64,000 nucleotides of DNA, taken from the NCBI GenBank assembly GCA_001643675.2, contig LSRY02000050.1:186001-250000 (forward strand), read 5' to 3'. The notes under the pieces were generated by a model, which was not told the DNA's origin, did not search any database, and saw only the letters and a program-made list of their open reading frames with translations. Both the position numbers and the translations under genes were made by a program. Positions 25,160 to 39,400 of the stretch are shown here, piece after piece; positions within the stretch are counted from its first letter, which is position 1, and each line of letters begins with the position of its first letter. The DNA comes from Monocercomonoides exilis PA203. Taxonomy: Eukaryota; Protista; Preaxostyla.

Positions 25160-27390
25160 CATGGATCAAAGAACTGCAACATGCTGTTGATCACCAATTC
25201 CATGTTCTTTAGGAGATCTAAACGATGTTCTGAAGAAGCAGATACTGATGAATCTTGGCAAGATATAATTCCTTCTCCATCTTCAATATCATCGTCTCGT
25301 GAAACTTTACACTCACTACCCGTCCCACAGCAGCATCCCAAATCATATCGACACGTCTTCCTCATTTCTCTTCAGCTGCAACCCCACCAATGCCACGAGC
25401 AGCCGCACCATTTGAAACAGCGCCCTCTGCCCTTCTTTCTTCACCACAGCCAACTGCACAGCATCCACTCACCACCTCAGCCCAACCAATGCTCTCATCC
25501 ATTTTCACGCAGATGCTATAGAAAGCACACTCACCGTGCATTGCGGTTTCTGCTTTCACTCCTTGTAATCACTCTGTATTCTTTCAACGTTAGAGGAACT
25601 CTCCAGTGAGTTGCATTACACATATAAGGAAGCCCAAGACACAATAAGAAGAAGTCGTTGAACTGACACCTCTCCAGCACCGAAACAAATGGTGGCAGAC
25701 AGCACGTCGATAGATAAAATGAATCCAAAAAGTTCCGAAAAAACAGACACCTGTGGAGTCTGCAAATTGCAAATACACAGAAGAGATTCCCTTTGAACAG
25801 ACTTGATCTTTCTGCAAGCTTCTCCCGATTACAAACACGAAGAAGAATACATATCAAAACAAAACATGAAATCATGCAGAGCTTTAATCGCCTCCTTCCG
25901 CTTCGCTGCTTCTGCATGGTGGTTATTCAACTGAAATATGAGAAACACAGATGACTTTGCCCTTGCTTTCTCCAACTGCAATCATTTGAACACAACAAGA
26001 ACCATCTAGATCTTATTCTAAAACGCATCTTTGACAGCACGATGTTGAAAAACAATAGAAATGATTTCTTATCAACGGTGAACTTCTTGTACATGAACCT
26101 CCATGTCAGTCACATATCCGCAAAAAACTTCCGGAATTTCTTTTCATTGTGGATCATTTCCCATCGCACAGTCTCGCCCTTCTTCTGCTCTGATTGCTTC
26201 TCTTCCAGCCACTGAACAACAATTGCCTTCCCTGCCTCTTTCTATTCCACTGTTAAAGTTGCAGTTAACATCCAGTCCTCCTGCTCTCTCTTCGCATCCT
26301 CGTGCAGCGACAGCGGAATCCCAAGCACTGCACTTGCATCTCTTTCTTCTGCCATGTCCCCCTCCTCTGCCTCCTCGTATTCTCCCCCTCCGCTTCTGTT
26401 ACTCCTCCTCCTCCTCCCCATCCCATCCCTCCCTCTCCCCCCTTTCTCCTCTGCCCCGCCTTCCCTGCCCCCGCCAATGTCCCCCCGCAACACCTGCTCT
26501 TCCACCTCCTTCGCTTGCCCAGCCTGCCTCCCCACAATTTCTTCATATAAGACCTTCTTTTTATTCTTCTCATTCTCCTTTTGCGCAAGTGCTGTCTGCT
26601 GCTTCTCAATCAGATACTTGAATTGCGCCTTCTGTTCAATTATCGTCAGTTCCTGCACTTTCGACAGCTCCAACAGCATCTTCGTTTCCTCTTCCATCTT
26701 GTTTATCTTCAACAGCACAGTTGCTTCCACTCCTCCTTCACCACCACAAATATCATTAATGCCACCGCCATTAGCCACAGCTTCGTTCTTCTCAGATCTT
26801 TCGATGATCCCAGATTTAGATCCCCTCCTTTTATCTTCTCCTCCAAGCAGTTTGCTTCTCACGCAAAGTGGGGACAATGAAGAAAGCAGGGCAACATGCA
26901 TTCCCAACACCACCAGTTTCTGTGCGCAATCCACACTCACCACTCCTCCTTGTTGGGCTCTATCTTCTTCTTCATCTCCACCAGCTGTTCCATCAGCTCC
27001 TTCACCTCTGCACTTATTTCTGACACATCTCCAGAATCTTCCTCGCAAGTTCTACCACCATTGCCTCAATCTCCTCCACTTCACATACTGCAACACCTCA
27101 CCCCATCACTTCGTGATCCTGCTTCACCACCACACACCTCGACTGCGACTATCACCATATCTACAGTGAAGGGTCAAACTGATCGTAGATCGACGTTAAT
27201 GCATTCACATCCGCCTCCGCAAAGATCCGCTTGCTCAACGAATTCGTGCCCACAGGCTCGGCAAGAGTAGGAAGTGGAACCACTCTCAAAACTGAAAATG
27301 TCTCCAAAAGCACCACAACATACCCACCATAGTTTCCGTAGCGCACATGGAAACAACGGAATTCCATGATCAAACACCCCAGTCACTTTC
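25160..27390 (-). pseudogene. Fragmented paralog of the 12700-15302 gene
   Basis: 27060-27260 aligns by eye at nucleotide level with 14570-14770 (SKRIFAEADVNALTSIYDQFDPSL*...SQSRCV...GVAVCEVEEI). Multiple stops. Confidence 0.6.
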
Positions 27391-29225
27391 TTATTTTCGC
27401 TTCTTTGCCCTCACAATGGAAAGGCTGATCTGTATTCAGCATGAGCTAAAAAGATGTGAAAGTCATTTCAGAATCTTTTCATATTGCAAAGTTTGGAATT
27501 TCAAATAATGTCAAGTTGTATTTTGGTGGATTTGAGACATGATGGATAAAGTTGATATCAATAAAATCTGAAGATAAAAGGTTTAAATGTTCGTTCTCTG
27601 TGGAAAATATTGTTTCACAAAACTACGAATTGTTTTATTTTATTTCTTGTCTGTAAAAAAGCTCCAAATCCTGTGGTGTGTGTCTAATAACTGATAGAAC
27701 GATTCAAAAATTAGTTGTATTTCCTTTCTGATTAACATTTTGTTCAATAAGGCTTGGAAAATTTTCACATTTAACTCGGATTATTCTAATAACAATACGT
27801 CTATCCACAGCGATTTGGGACGATATTTTTTGCTTTATGAATTTTGTACTATTCTGAATATTTATTAATATTTCTCAATTCTGAAAATTTTCTATGTTTT
27901 TTTAACACGTGAATGAAAGATTTCTCTTGATAAGGTTGTGGGAAAAGTTTTGAACAAATTGTTGTTTTTTTCATAAAAGAAAAAAATTATCCCCATTTTA
28001 TTGGTGTGTTGAGAGATATAACAGCAGAAGAAAAACATTTATTCACAAAGAAACAAAAGGTTAGCAAACGTCTTGTAAATACTTGCTTCTTTTCTTTTTT
28101 ATCCAGTGGATAATCATTTTCATGGATTTGATTTGGATGATTATTTTTTTAATCACAACTTTTTTCTGGGTGTTGATTATTCAAAGGTTGTTTGCCATTG
28201 TGAAAAGACTTTGTTTTCAAGTGCTAAATACGTCTCAACTGTTTCAAAAACAAATGTCTAAGCTACATTGATGATGATGATCTCTTGAAAATGGCTTTTC
28301 TTTTTTCAGTGTTCATTCGCTGATTTTCAAAGAAAATTTTTGAATCGAAAATGATGAATAAAAAAATGTGATTTGAAAAATAATCTCTTATATGAAAGCT
28401 TAAAACTTTTGGAAAAAAAAATTCGCAGGAAAAGAAGAAAGTCAATGATAAAAACAAAAAATTATTTCAATCCTCGATTCTTTCTAAAAACAAAAAATAT
28501 TGAAAAAAATTCAGAATAAGGAAATTAATACATTTCTCACAGATCTTATTATTCTTTTTTTCCATCAGGCATGCGTGAAGCAAAAAGTATGACAAAAAAG
28601 AAATAGGTCTTGATCAAGAAAAATGATCAAGAAAAAATCATAGCCCTATCAATTATAAATTTTAGTTTTTAACTGGTCGAGATACACAAAAAATTATTCA
28701 AAATCGAAAAATTTTAAAACAACATTAAAAAACTTAAAATTAAAATTGAAATTATTTTTTCGAAATTGGAAAAGTAATTAATTTGTTCAGAATTTCAATT
28801 CAAGTCAAAACAAAGGAAATTATATTGAATCAAATGTTGTTATTACAAACGTTAAATTGTTGGAAATGCTTTTCTTTCATTTTGAATTACTATTTTCAAT
28901 GATTTAGACTGATATCCATCCATCCTTTTCTTATTTTGAAAATTGAAAATGTTTTATGATATCAAATTCAAATGCAATTAATGAAATCGAAAACATTTCG
29001 TTTCAAATAAATGAGATTGATTTCTGTCTTTTTGTGAGTTAAACAAGATAAAGAATGATCATGTATATTTTGTTTCTTGCAAAATATCTTTTGTCTCCTG
29101 AGTACATGTGAAGAGTTAATAAATAATGAATTTTTTCTTATTCACTCTATTGAACACAAAAAACACCACAAATACATCAAAAATACTTTTTTCTGATTGA
29201 AATTAATAATTAACTTTGATCATTT

Positions 29226-29229
<4 letters not shown>

Positions 29230-29276
<47 letters not shown>
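29230..29276 (+). repeat. Poly-A tract (~47 nt)
   Basis: Directly visible. Confidence 0.9.
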
Positions 29277-29278
<2 letters not shown>

Positions 29279-29594
29279 AACGATCATTGATTTACAAAAT
29301 TTATTCAAATATTTCGATCATGAATTAAACATTTTCGATTTTGGATAATAATTTTGATGTTGAATTGAAGTTTTTCGATGTTGTTTTAAACTTCTTCGAT
29401 GTTGAATATTTTTTGGTGTTTATGAATCTCAAAAAAAAGTTCGGGTTTTTTAAAAAGTTAGGGTTTAAAAATCACCCTGTATGAATAGACATAGATATTT
29501 AATGGATCACTGAAGTGAAAATAAAATATGATGAAAAAAAAAGAAAAAGAAAACGATTTGAATGAAGTTCAAAGAAAAATAATTGAAGTGAAAC

Positions 29595-31847
29595 TTACTC
29601 TTTTTGAAAAGCCTTCATTTTTTCGCTTTTAATCAAATTAGTAATTTTTTCATTTTCCACGAATTTCATTCTTTTCACTTCATAGAACTTTCCTTCAATC
29701 ACTACTCCATTCATTACCCAATCTACAGACCAAAAATCAACAGTTTGAGCTAACAACTCCACCTCCACTCCCTCAGAAGTCAGTGAAGTCGGTGAAATAT
29801 GTGTGTCTCCTTTTGATTTTCCTTTTGTACTTCCTTTTTTATTTCCTTTTGTGTCTCCTTTTGTGTCTTCTTTGCAACATGAAAATATTGCATTGCAATT
29901 GCCTTCTTCTTCTTCTTCTTTTTCTCCTCCTTCTCCTTCTTCAATCAATTCTTTGCCATTTCTCATGCTTTTCTGCTTATCGATGGATGCAACAGAATCA
30001 GAAGGATGAGCAGAAGGAGAGGGAGAAAATGGGAGAGTGGAAGAAGAGGAAGAAGAAGAAGAAGAAGAGGAAGAAGAAGATCGAGTTTGGAGACTATAGA
30101 AACGACGAACAGCTTCATATCCCCTCGTTTGGGGGTTTAAAACACGAACAAACGAAAGAGGAGGCACAAAAGGATGGAAAGGTGTTATTTTGGGCTCGGA
30201 AAATGCATTCATTGAAGAAGCATCTTTCAATGAAGAAGAAGAAGAAGAAGAAGATATTGATGAAGAAACCTCTTTTTCCTTCTCTCCTTCTGCAAAATTC
30301 TTCTTCGAAGCACGAAGTTGTGGAGCAATAAAAGGTGACGCACAAAACAGACCATCAGCCGAATCAGTTGCTTCTGAATCTTCTGCTTTCTCAGAATTCT
30401 CTTTGCTTTCTTTGTCTTCCTCCATCCTTCCTTCTTTTCTCTCTTCTTTTTTATCTTCTTTTTTATCTTCTTTTTTATCTTCTTTTTTATCTTCTTCTTT
30501 CTCCATTCGAATATCAGATTCTGCTTCTTTGACTTTCACTTCCTCTTCTACATCCATTCCTATTGATGGCTCCTTCTTGTTCTCCTTTTCTATTTCTTTC
30601 TCTCTCTTTTTTTCTTTCACTTCAGCATTTTCTTTCTCCCTTCCTTTCTTTCCTTCCCCTTCTCCTTCCCCTTCTTCTCTCTTTTTTTCCTTTTCTTCTC
30701 TCATTCCTTCTCCTTCTCTTTTCATCCTACTTTCTCTCAGCTTTTCTGCTTCCTTCCTCAAAATCGCTTCGGCTGCTGCGTCTCCGTCGCATCGAAGAAG
30801 ACATTGAATAAAATCTCCCAGTGATAAATTCGCTACATCAACACCTAATTCATATCTCAAATAAATAAATAAATAAATAATATTGTTGTTTGTTGAATTC
30901 AAATAAAATATTATAAAATTAAATAAATATAATGATAACAATAACATTGTCAGTATTTTTTTTTTGAAATTGTATGCATACTGTTCTCTGTCATTCTCCA
31001 GAAGCATCGTTTCCTCAAAAAATCGCTGCCAAACACCTCCAAATGGAACCTTATCATGCAAATAAGCAGTGTCAGCCTTTGAAATCCTCTCATTTTCTTC
31101 ATGTTGAACATTTTCGTTCATGTCAATTGGCGAATCGCCAAACGGAAGAGGATCAAGATAACCATTCGAAAGAAGAGATGGCGAATAAACGAACCAAGGA
31201 TCGTTAGACAACCCAAATTGCATAAGAGGAGCAATTGTGGAAGGAAAAACTTGTTTCACATCAGTGACAAAATATGAAAATGAGACTTTTTCCAAATTCC
31301 CACCATCTTGCGTGCGAATAAAATAACTAACGCTGGCTGGATATTCTGGAAGAGGTTCAGAAATGTGAACTGTAACTAGAAGTCCACTCATTTCTTCAGG
31401 ATATGGAAAATTCGGCATGAAAAAACCACTATGCATTAAAACAGCAACAAGATCGGAATCATCTGCATATGGACCACTTCCCCATATTTTTCGTGTATAA
31501 ACATTTGGATTTCGTACAGAAAGAAACTGTAAAATTTTGAAAAATTGGAATTTTATTATTAATAACATTTTGGGAAATAAAAAGACCTTTTTCTCAACAT
31601 AAACAACGATATCAGTTTCCACATCCAACGATGCTACGTCAAATAAATTTCTCGTGGTAATCATTGGATCATATTGAATATCTGATTAAAAACAATTCAT
31701 AAAAAAGGATCGTTCAAAACAAAGAATATGAATTCAAACATGATGGATCCAATTTAACCTTCTTTCTTGTGCGAAGGGATGGTCTAGAATCCACAAATAA
31801 AACTAAATCAACCGAAATAACAGATATTTAACTTCACACTTTGTCAT
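29595..31847 (-). CDS. RXT3: Rxt3-domain protein (Sin3/Rpd3L histone-deacetylase complex subunit-like); predicted 5 exons
   Basis: RKIWGSGPYADDSDLVAVLMHSG matches the Rxt3 W-G-x-x-x-Y-x-D-D-S-D signature. Predicted introns 31832-31784, 31758-31682, 31586-31527 and 30981-30856 give a continuous frame starting MTKCETIPSHKKEDIQYDPMITT. E/K- and S-rich insertions follow. Confidence 0.75.
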
Positions 31848-32384
31848 TTAACAAAAGTTATTCTCTTGATCAAGTTTCAGTTTGAAGCAAGAACTTTGTT
31901 AATGATTTTCAAATTTCATTCTTCTAAATTCATCTTTAAAAAAAACAAAAAAAAAATTTGCTGAAAACTTTTTTCAGACGTACAAATTTTACATTTTCGA
32001 AAAAAAAATGAATTGATTTAATATTAAATGTTAAACAAAACAGTAAAACTCAAATTCTGTTCAACATATCAAAATATATCACAAACCCTATACTTTCAAT
32101 GGAAATGCATAATTTTCGAAAAGTCGAAAATTAAATAGATATGAATGATAATTTCAACATAAAAATAATTTTACCATGTAACTAAATATTTATATACATT
32201 TCAAAGAAAAAAAATTGGTAAAGTTTTCTACACAAAAACACATAGAAAATCACTTCACATTCATTTTACAGCAAGATTATTCACAAAAACGAGAGATTTT
32301 GAAATTAAGAAAGCGAAATCTTTTAAAAAAGGATAGATACATTCTAAACATATTTGATTAAGAAAGAGAAAGAGAAAGAGAAAG

Positions 32385-32419
<35 letters not shown>

Positions 32420-33287
32420 AAATAGAAAATAGAAGTTTAATACATAAAACCATTCAATCTTCAAAAGAAAAGAATAATTAAAAAAGGATATTTTTGAATT
32501 TTAAGCAGTCAAAAAACACTTTCAAAACACATTAAAATTTAGAAAAAACAAAAATAACAACAAAAAATACTAAAAAAAAAAAAAAAACCAAAAAATCAAT
32601 TTAAATTTGAACATAGCCAGATCAAAAACAACAGATAAATAGGCATAATTAATGGAAAAATGAAAAAAAGAAAAAGAAATTATTTATAATGCATAAAAAA
32701 TAGAAATTATGGTAAATGTCAAATTAAGATAAAGGATAAAGGATAAAGAATAAAGAATAAAGAATAAAGAAAAAGAAAAAGAAAAAGAAAAAGAAAAAGA
32801 AAAAGAAAAAGAAAAAGAAAAAGAAAAAGATAAAATTAAGGAAAAAAAAAATATTATTTATCACTCCAATTTCAAACACAAAAAATTATGAAGAAAAAAA
32901 GAAATTGAACAACATCTTTATTTATTTCTTTTCCCCCTTCTTCCTCTCTCAATTTTCTCCTTTTCAATTCTTTCATCTTTTTATCATTTCTTCTTTTCCT
33001 TCTTCATTTTCCCCTCTTCGTTATTTCTTCTCCTTGCTTTTTCTCTTTATCTTCCTTCTCTCTCTCCCTCTCACCCTCTCCCTCTCTTTTTCTTTCTCCT
33101 TACTACTTCTCCTTTTCTTCTCCTAACTTCTTCCCTTTCTTTCCCTTCTCTCTTTCTCTTCCTTCTCCCTTATATTTTCTTCTTCTCCTTCTCTTCTTCC
33201 TTCTCTTCTTCCTCTTTCTCTTCTTCCTCTTTCTCTTCAGTTTTCTCCTTCTCTTCTTCTCTCTTCTCTTCTTCCTTCTCATTCTCC

Positions 33288-36200
33288 TTATTTCTTCTCT
33301 TCCTCTTTCTCTTTCTCTTCTTCTCTCTTCTCCTCCACATCAAACAAAAGATATTCGCTTCCCAAGCAAAACACATTGAAATTTTGTGTGTCAAAAACAG
33401 CAGCCGAAAAAGGGCCTGTTGAATGAATTCGATTCAAAACAGAGAAATTCTTATTCATTTGGTTATTGTTATTCTTTTTCTGGTTAAGAGAAAGAGAAAG
33501 AGAAGAAGAATTTGAAGAAGATGACGACAATTGAGAAGAAGATGTTGATTTTACAAATTTTTCCTTTGAATTTTCATTCAATTTTTGATTTTCTTCTTCA
33601 TCTTCTTCTTCTATTTCTTCATCCAACTTTCTCAAGCAATCACAAAGTTCAGGGAAGAAAGAGGAAGAAATGCTAATTTGAGGAATATTTTGATTGAGAA
33701 GAGGAGAAACAGGAGAAAGAGAAGAAAGAGAAGAAAGAGGAAGAAGAAGATGATGATTAATCGATTGACACTGAGAAATAAACAAATTCATTGCATTTTC
33801 TGCTTCTTCTTCCTCATCAATGAAGAATGAGGAGGAAGAAGAAGAAGAAGAAGATTTCGGAGAAATAGAAGAAGAAGAAAACGGAGAAATAGAAGAGGAG
33901 GAGGAAGAAGAATTAATATTTCCTTTCTTCAACTGCATAAAAAACATTTTTTCTCCTCTTCTTTTCCCTTCTTCCACATTTTCATTGACTTCTTCCACAA
34001 TTCTAATCAAATTACTTCCAATTCTTTTTATTTTCTCTTCTCTTTCTCCTTCTTTTTCTCCTTCTCTTTCTCCTTCTCTTCCTTCTTCTCTTCCTTCTTC
34101 TCTTCCTCTCCTTCTCCTCTCCTCCTTCTTCCTCTCCATTTTCCTCTTCTCCTTCTCTCTCCTCTCCATCTTTTTCATCTCAAATATCATTTCTTTCCTC
34201 TCAAACATGACAATTTGCTCAAATTGCTTCAAATCTTCAGAAGAAGGTGAAATTTCTTCAATGATACACCTTTTTTTCCTCTGAACGAGAACAAAAATAG
34301 ACAAAACTGGCAATAAAGGACAAATAAATGAGCGGAAAGAAGAAGAAAGAAGAAGAGAAGGAGGAGAAATGAGAGCAGAAGAGAGGGAAGGGAGAGGGAA
34401 GAAGAGGGAGTGGAGGAGAGAAGAAGGAGAAGAAGGAGAGGAAGAATTTTGAGAAGAAAGAGAAGAATTAAATGAAGAAGAAGAAGATGATGATGAATGA
34501 GATGAAAGAGATGAAAGGGAAGAAGAAGAAGAAGAAGAAGAAGAAAGAGGAAGGGGATTGAAAACAGAAGGTTTTCTCGTGCCAGCAGGAGAAGTGACGA
34601 TGTTGGCATTGATTGCTTCCACAATCACATCAGACACTGATTGATATCTGAAGAGAGGGGGAGAAGAAGAGGAAGGAGAAGAGGAAGAAGAAGAAGAAGA
34701 GGAAGAAGAGGAAAGAGAAGAAGAAGAAGAAGAAAGAGAGGAAGAAGAAGAATTATAAAGAGAAGAAGAAGAATTTTGAGGAGAAGAAGAAGAAAGAGAG
34801 GAAGAATTAATGTTCATATCTCTTCCATTGCAGATATCAGGACATCTTCTGATCAGCCAGATAGAGAGAGAATCAACAAGAGAAGCTAATTGAAGACCCA
34901 TCAGAGCAGATGTAGAAGAGGAAGAGAAAGAAGAAGAAGAAGAAGGAAGGGAAGAAGAAGAATTAAATGAAGAAGGGGATGGAGGAGGAGGAGGAGGGGG
35001 AGGATGAGAAAGAGAAGAAGAAGAAAGAGGAGAAGGAGAAAGAGAAGGAGGAGAAAGAATAAGATTAGCGAGATGAGAAGAGAAGAGAAGAAGGATGTTA
35101 GTAATGATGGAGTTGATGAGGAAAGAGAAGAGAGGAGGAAGAGAAGAAGATGATGATGTTGAAGATGATGAATTTGAAGAAGAATTAGATGATGATGAAG
35201 AAGATGAAAGAGAAGAAGAAGATGATGATGAAGATAAAGAAGATAAAGAAGAAGAAGAAGAAGAAGAAGAAGAATTAAATTCTTTATTATTATTATTATT
35301 ATTATTAATATGATTAGAATTTCTATTTCCTTTCCCCTCCTCAACGAGAGAAGAGAATAAATAAACCAAAGAGAAATATATTTCGTCTAATGAAGAAATC
35401 AGCCTTCCGAATGGAGTTTTTGAGCTATCATTGATGAGAGGGATGGGAGGAGAGACAAAGAGACTGAAGAAAGGAAAGAAGAAGAAGAAAAAAAAAGAGA
35501 AGAAGGAGAGGAAAGAAGAGAAAGAAAGAAGAGAAAGAAAGAAGAGAAAGAAAGAAGAGAAAGAAAGAAGAGAAAGAAGAAATAAAAATAAATTAATAAA
35601 CAAAAAATGAAAAAAGAAAAAAGAAAAGAAAAAAGAAAGGAAAAGATATAATTCGAAAAAAATTAAAATTCATAATATCATAATCATAATCATAATTTCA
35701 TTCGTTCATTCGTTCATTCTCTTTCTTTCTTTCTTTCTTTCTTCCTTCCTTCCTTCCTTCCTTTCTTTCTTTCTTTCTCTTTCTCTTTCTCTTTCTCTTT
35801 CTCTTTCTCTTTCTCCTTCTCTCTCATCATACCTTTCATCTTTAGCAGGATTCAAACTCTTCCATACTTTCTTCATCTCTTCTTCTGAAACTATCATCGA
35901 CTTCACTAAATATATCGCTTTATCTTCATTTTCTTCTTCTTCTTCTTCTTCTATTTCTTCTTCATTTTCTTTGTTTTCTTCATTTTCTCTTTTATTTTCT
36001 TCATCTTTTTCTTTATTTTCTTTATTTTCTATATTTTCTATATTTTCCATTTCTTTCTCCAATGATGAAGAAGATAATGATGAAGAAATCGAAGGAGGAG
36101 GAAGAGGCAAAGGACGAGGAAGAGGAGGAGGAGGAATAACTTTCTTCTTATTTTTCTTCTTTTTCCCTTTCTTTTTCTCTTTTTCTTCTTCATTTTCTTC

Positions 36201-36418
36201 TTCATTTTCTTCATTAAAATCATTATTATGATTAATTAAATGTTTCAGAATGCAATTTGAGAAGAAGAAAGAAGAAAGAAGAGAAATCAACTGAGACAAC
36301 AAGAAAAGCAAAGATTGGATCATGTTTGTGGTTAATTGGAAGATGAGGGTATCAAACTGGAGGAGAAGAAGAGAAGAAGAAGAGGAAAGTGAAGAAGAAA
36401 TTAAATTAGAAGTTGAAG

Positions 36419-36449
<31 letters not shown>

Positions 36450-39400
36450 TTGAGAAGAAGAAGAAGGAGGAGGAGGAGGAGAAGAAGAAGAAGAAGAATT
36501 AATCGAAGTAAATAGAGGAGCCGGGGCAGAAGGGGCAGCAGAAGGCGGAGGAAGAGGAGGAAGAGAAGATTTAGAGGAGAAAGTGAGTGAACGGGTTATA
36601 CGAGAAGAAGAAAGAGAAGAAGAAGAATTTAATGAAGAAGAATTTAAAGGAGAAGGAGGAGAAAGAGAAGAAGGAGGAAGAGGAGGAGAAGAAGAAGATA
36701 AAGGAAGAGGAGGAGAAGGAAGAGGAGGAGGGGGAGAAGGAGAAGGAGAAGGAGAAGAAATAGAAGAAGAAGAAATAGAAGAAGGAGGAGGAAGAGGAGG
36801 AGGAAGTTTAGATTGAGATTTTGAACCAAACGCAACAGGACGAAGAGAAAACGGAGATTTCTTGAGAGAAGAAGAAGAAGAAGAAGAATTTAATGAAGAA
36901 TTAGAAGAAGAAAGAGGAAGAGGAGAAGGAGAAGAGGGAGAAGATGAAGATGAAGAAATAGAAGAAGATTTTGAAGAAGAAGAAGAAGAAAGAGAAGAAG
37001 AATTTTGAGAAGTATTTGAAGAAATTTTTGATTTTTTCGTTAACTTTATCAATTTTTGAGAGTGAGGAAGAAGAGGAAGATGAGAAAAAGAAGAAATAAG
37101 AGAAAGAATGGTGATGATCCAATAGAGAGAAGAAGAAATGAAAGAGGAAGAAGAAGAAGATGAAGAGGAAGAGGAAGAGGAAGAATTTAATGAAGAAGAG
37201 GAAGAAAATGAAGAATTAAATGAAGAAAAAGAAGAAGAAAGAGAAGAAGAAGAAGAAGAAAATGAAGAAGAAGAATGAATAAAAACGTCTTTTTGGAGAG
37301 AAGAAAGAAGAGAAGAGAGAAGAAGAGAGAAGAAATTGATGATTGGAGAAGCAAAGAGAAGAGGGTTAGGTTTGGAAGAAGAAGAAGAAGAAAGAGAAGA
37401 AGAAGAATTTAATGAAGAAATGGAAGAAGAAGATGAAGAAAGAGAAGAAGAAGAATTTAAAGAAAAAATAAGTTTATTTCTTTGTTGAGAGAGAAGAGAA
37501 TGAAAGAGAACGATGATGGCACACGAAGAGATAGAGAGAGGGAGAGAGAAAGAAGAAGAAGAAGAATTAAATGAAGAAGAAGAAAGAGAAGAAAGAGAAG
37601 AAGGAAGAGAAGGAAGAGAAGAAGAAGAAGAAGAAAGAGAAGAAAGAAGAGAAGGAGAAGAAGAAGAAACGGTATTATTGCGAATTCTGCTTAAAGATAT
37701 AGAAATAGGAATATTGAAGAATAAAGGATGAGAGGAAAGAGAAGAAGAAGAAGAAGAAGAAGAAGAAGAAGAAGAATTAAGATATTGAGAGAACAAGAAG
37801 GATAAAGGTGTTTTTGGTTTGAGAGAATAAAGAGAGAGAGAAAGAGAAAGAAAAGAAGGAGAAGAGAAGGAAGGAAGAAGAGAAGAGAAAGAAGAAGAAG
37901 AAGAAGAAAGAGAAGAAGAAGAGGAGGAGGAAGAAGAAGAAGAATTAAATGGAGAAAGAGAAAGAGAAAGAGAAGAAGAAGAAATATAAAATTTTGGAGT
38001 GAAAGACACATTTTCATTGAAAAAGAGCGGGAAAAATGATTTTTCTAATAACCGTTCAATATTTTCTTCTTCTTCTTCATCATCATCTTCTTCCTCCTCT
38101 TCTTCTTCTTCTTCTTCTTTTAATACTTTTTTCTCTTTCATTTTATTCTCTTCTTTCTCTTTCTTTCTTCTTTCTTTCTCTTTCTCTTTCTCCTTTTTCT
38201 TCTTCTCCTTCTCTATTTCTTTTATTTTCGCTTTCATCAACAAAAAGAATGAAGAATTATACGTTTTGTTTCTTTCCTTTTCTTCTTTCTTCTTCTTCAT
38301 CTTCATCTTCATTTTTTTCATTTTCTCTTCTCTTTCTTTCTTTCTCTTCTTCATTTCTTCTTTTCTTTTCTTTTCTTCTTCATTTTCTTCTTCTCCTTCT
38401 TCTTCTTTCTCTTTTTCTCCCTCTTTTTCCTTCTCTTTTTCCTTCTTCTTCTTCTCTTTCTCTTCCATTTCTTTTATTTCTCTTCTCAATTCTTCCATTT
38501 CTTCTTCTAATTCTTCCTTCTCTGTTAATATTTCTTCCTTCTTCTCTTTCAATTTCTTCATCTTCTTCTCTTTCTCTTCCATTTCTTTCTCTAATTCCTC
38601 GATTTTCTCTTCCATTTCCTCCTTTTCCACCTCTTTCATCTTCATTTCTTCTCGCAATTTCTCGTTTTCTTCTTTTAATTCTTCGTTTTCTCTTTCTTTT
38701 CCTTCTTTTTCTTCTCTTTCTTCTTCTTTTCTTTCTTTTTTCATTTCAAATGGAGACATTTCATTAGAATTTCGAAGGAAAATCGCATTTCCTTTTTCTT
38801 TCTCTTCTTTCTCTTCTCTTTCCTTCTCTTCTCTTTCTCTTTCTCTTTCTCTTTCTCTTTCTCTTTCTTCTCTTTCTTCTTTCAATTTCTTTATTTCTTC
38901 CTTCTTTTCTTCTATTTCTTTCTTCATCTTTTCTTCTTCTCTTTTCTTTTCTTCTTTCTCTTTCTTCATTTTCTCAATAATTTCTTTGTTTTCTTTTATT
39001 TCTTCTTTTTTTTCCTTCAGTTTCTTCTTCATTTCTTCTTCTTTCTCCTTCATTTCTTTCATTTCCTTCTCTTTTTCTTCCATTTCTTCTTTTAATTTCT
39101 TCTTCTCTTTCTTCTCTTCTTCTCTTTCTTTCTCTCTTTCTTCTTTTTCTTCTTTCAATTTCTTTATTTCTTCTTCTTTTTCTTCTATTTCTTTCTCTTT
39201 CTCTTCCATTTCTTTCTTCATTTCTTCCTTTTCTCTTTCTCTTTCTTCCTTCTCTTTCTTCATTTTCTCAATAATTTCTTTGTTTTCTTTTATTTCTTTC
39301 TTCTTTTCTTTTATTTCTTCTTCTTTTTCTTTTTTTTCTTCTTTCAATTTCTTCATTTCTTCTTCCTTTTCTTCTCTTTCTCCTTCTATTTCTTCTTTTT

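Noticed and set aside
23304-29276. Poly-T and poly-A tracts as retroposon tails or inverted ends of one element
   Set aside because: No target-site duplication, reverse transcriptase remnant or further inverted similarity found.
31927-31935. AATTCATCT as the partner terminus of 22990
   Set aside because: Only a 9-bp match, the flank is not AWT, there are no subterminal repeats, and it lies just upstream of the Rxt3 gene.
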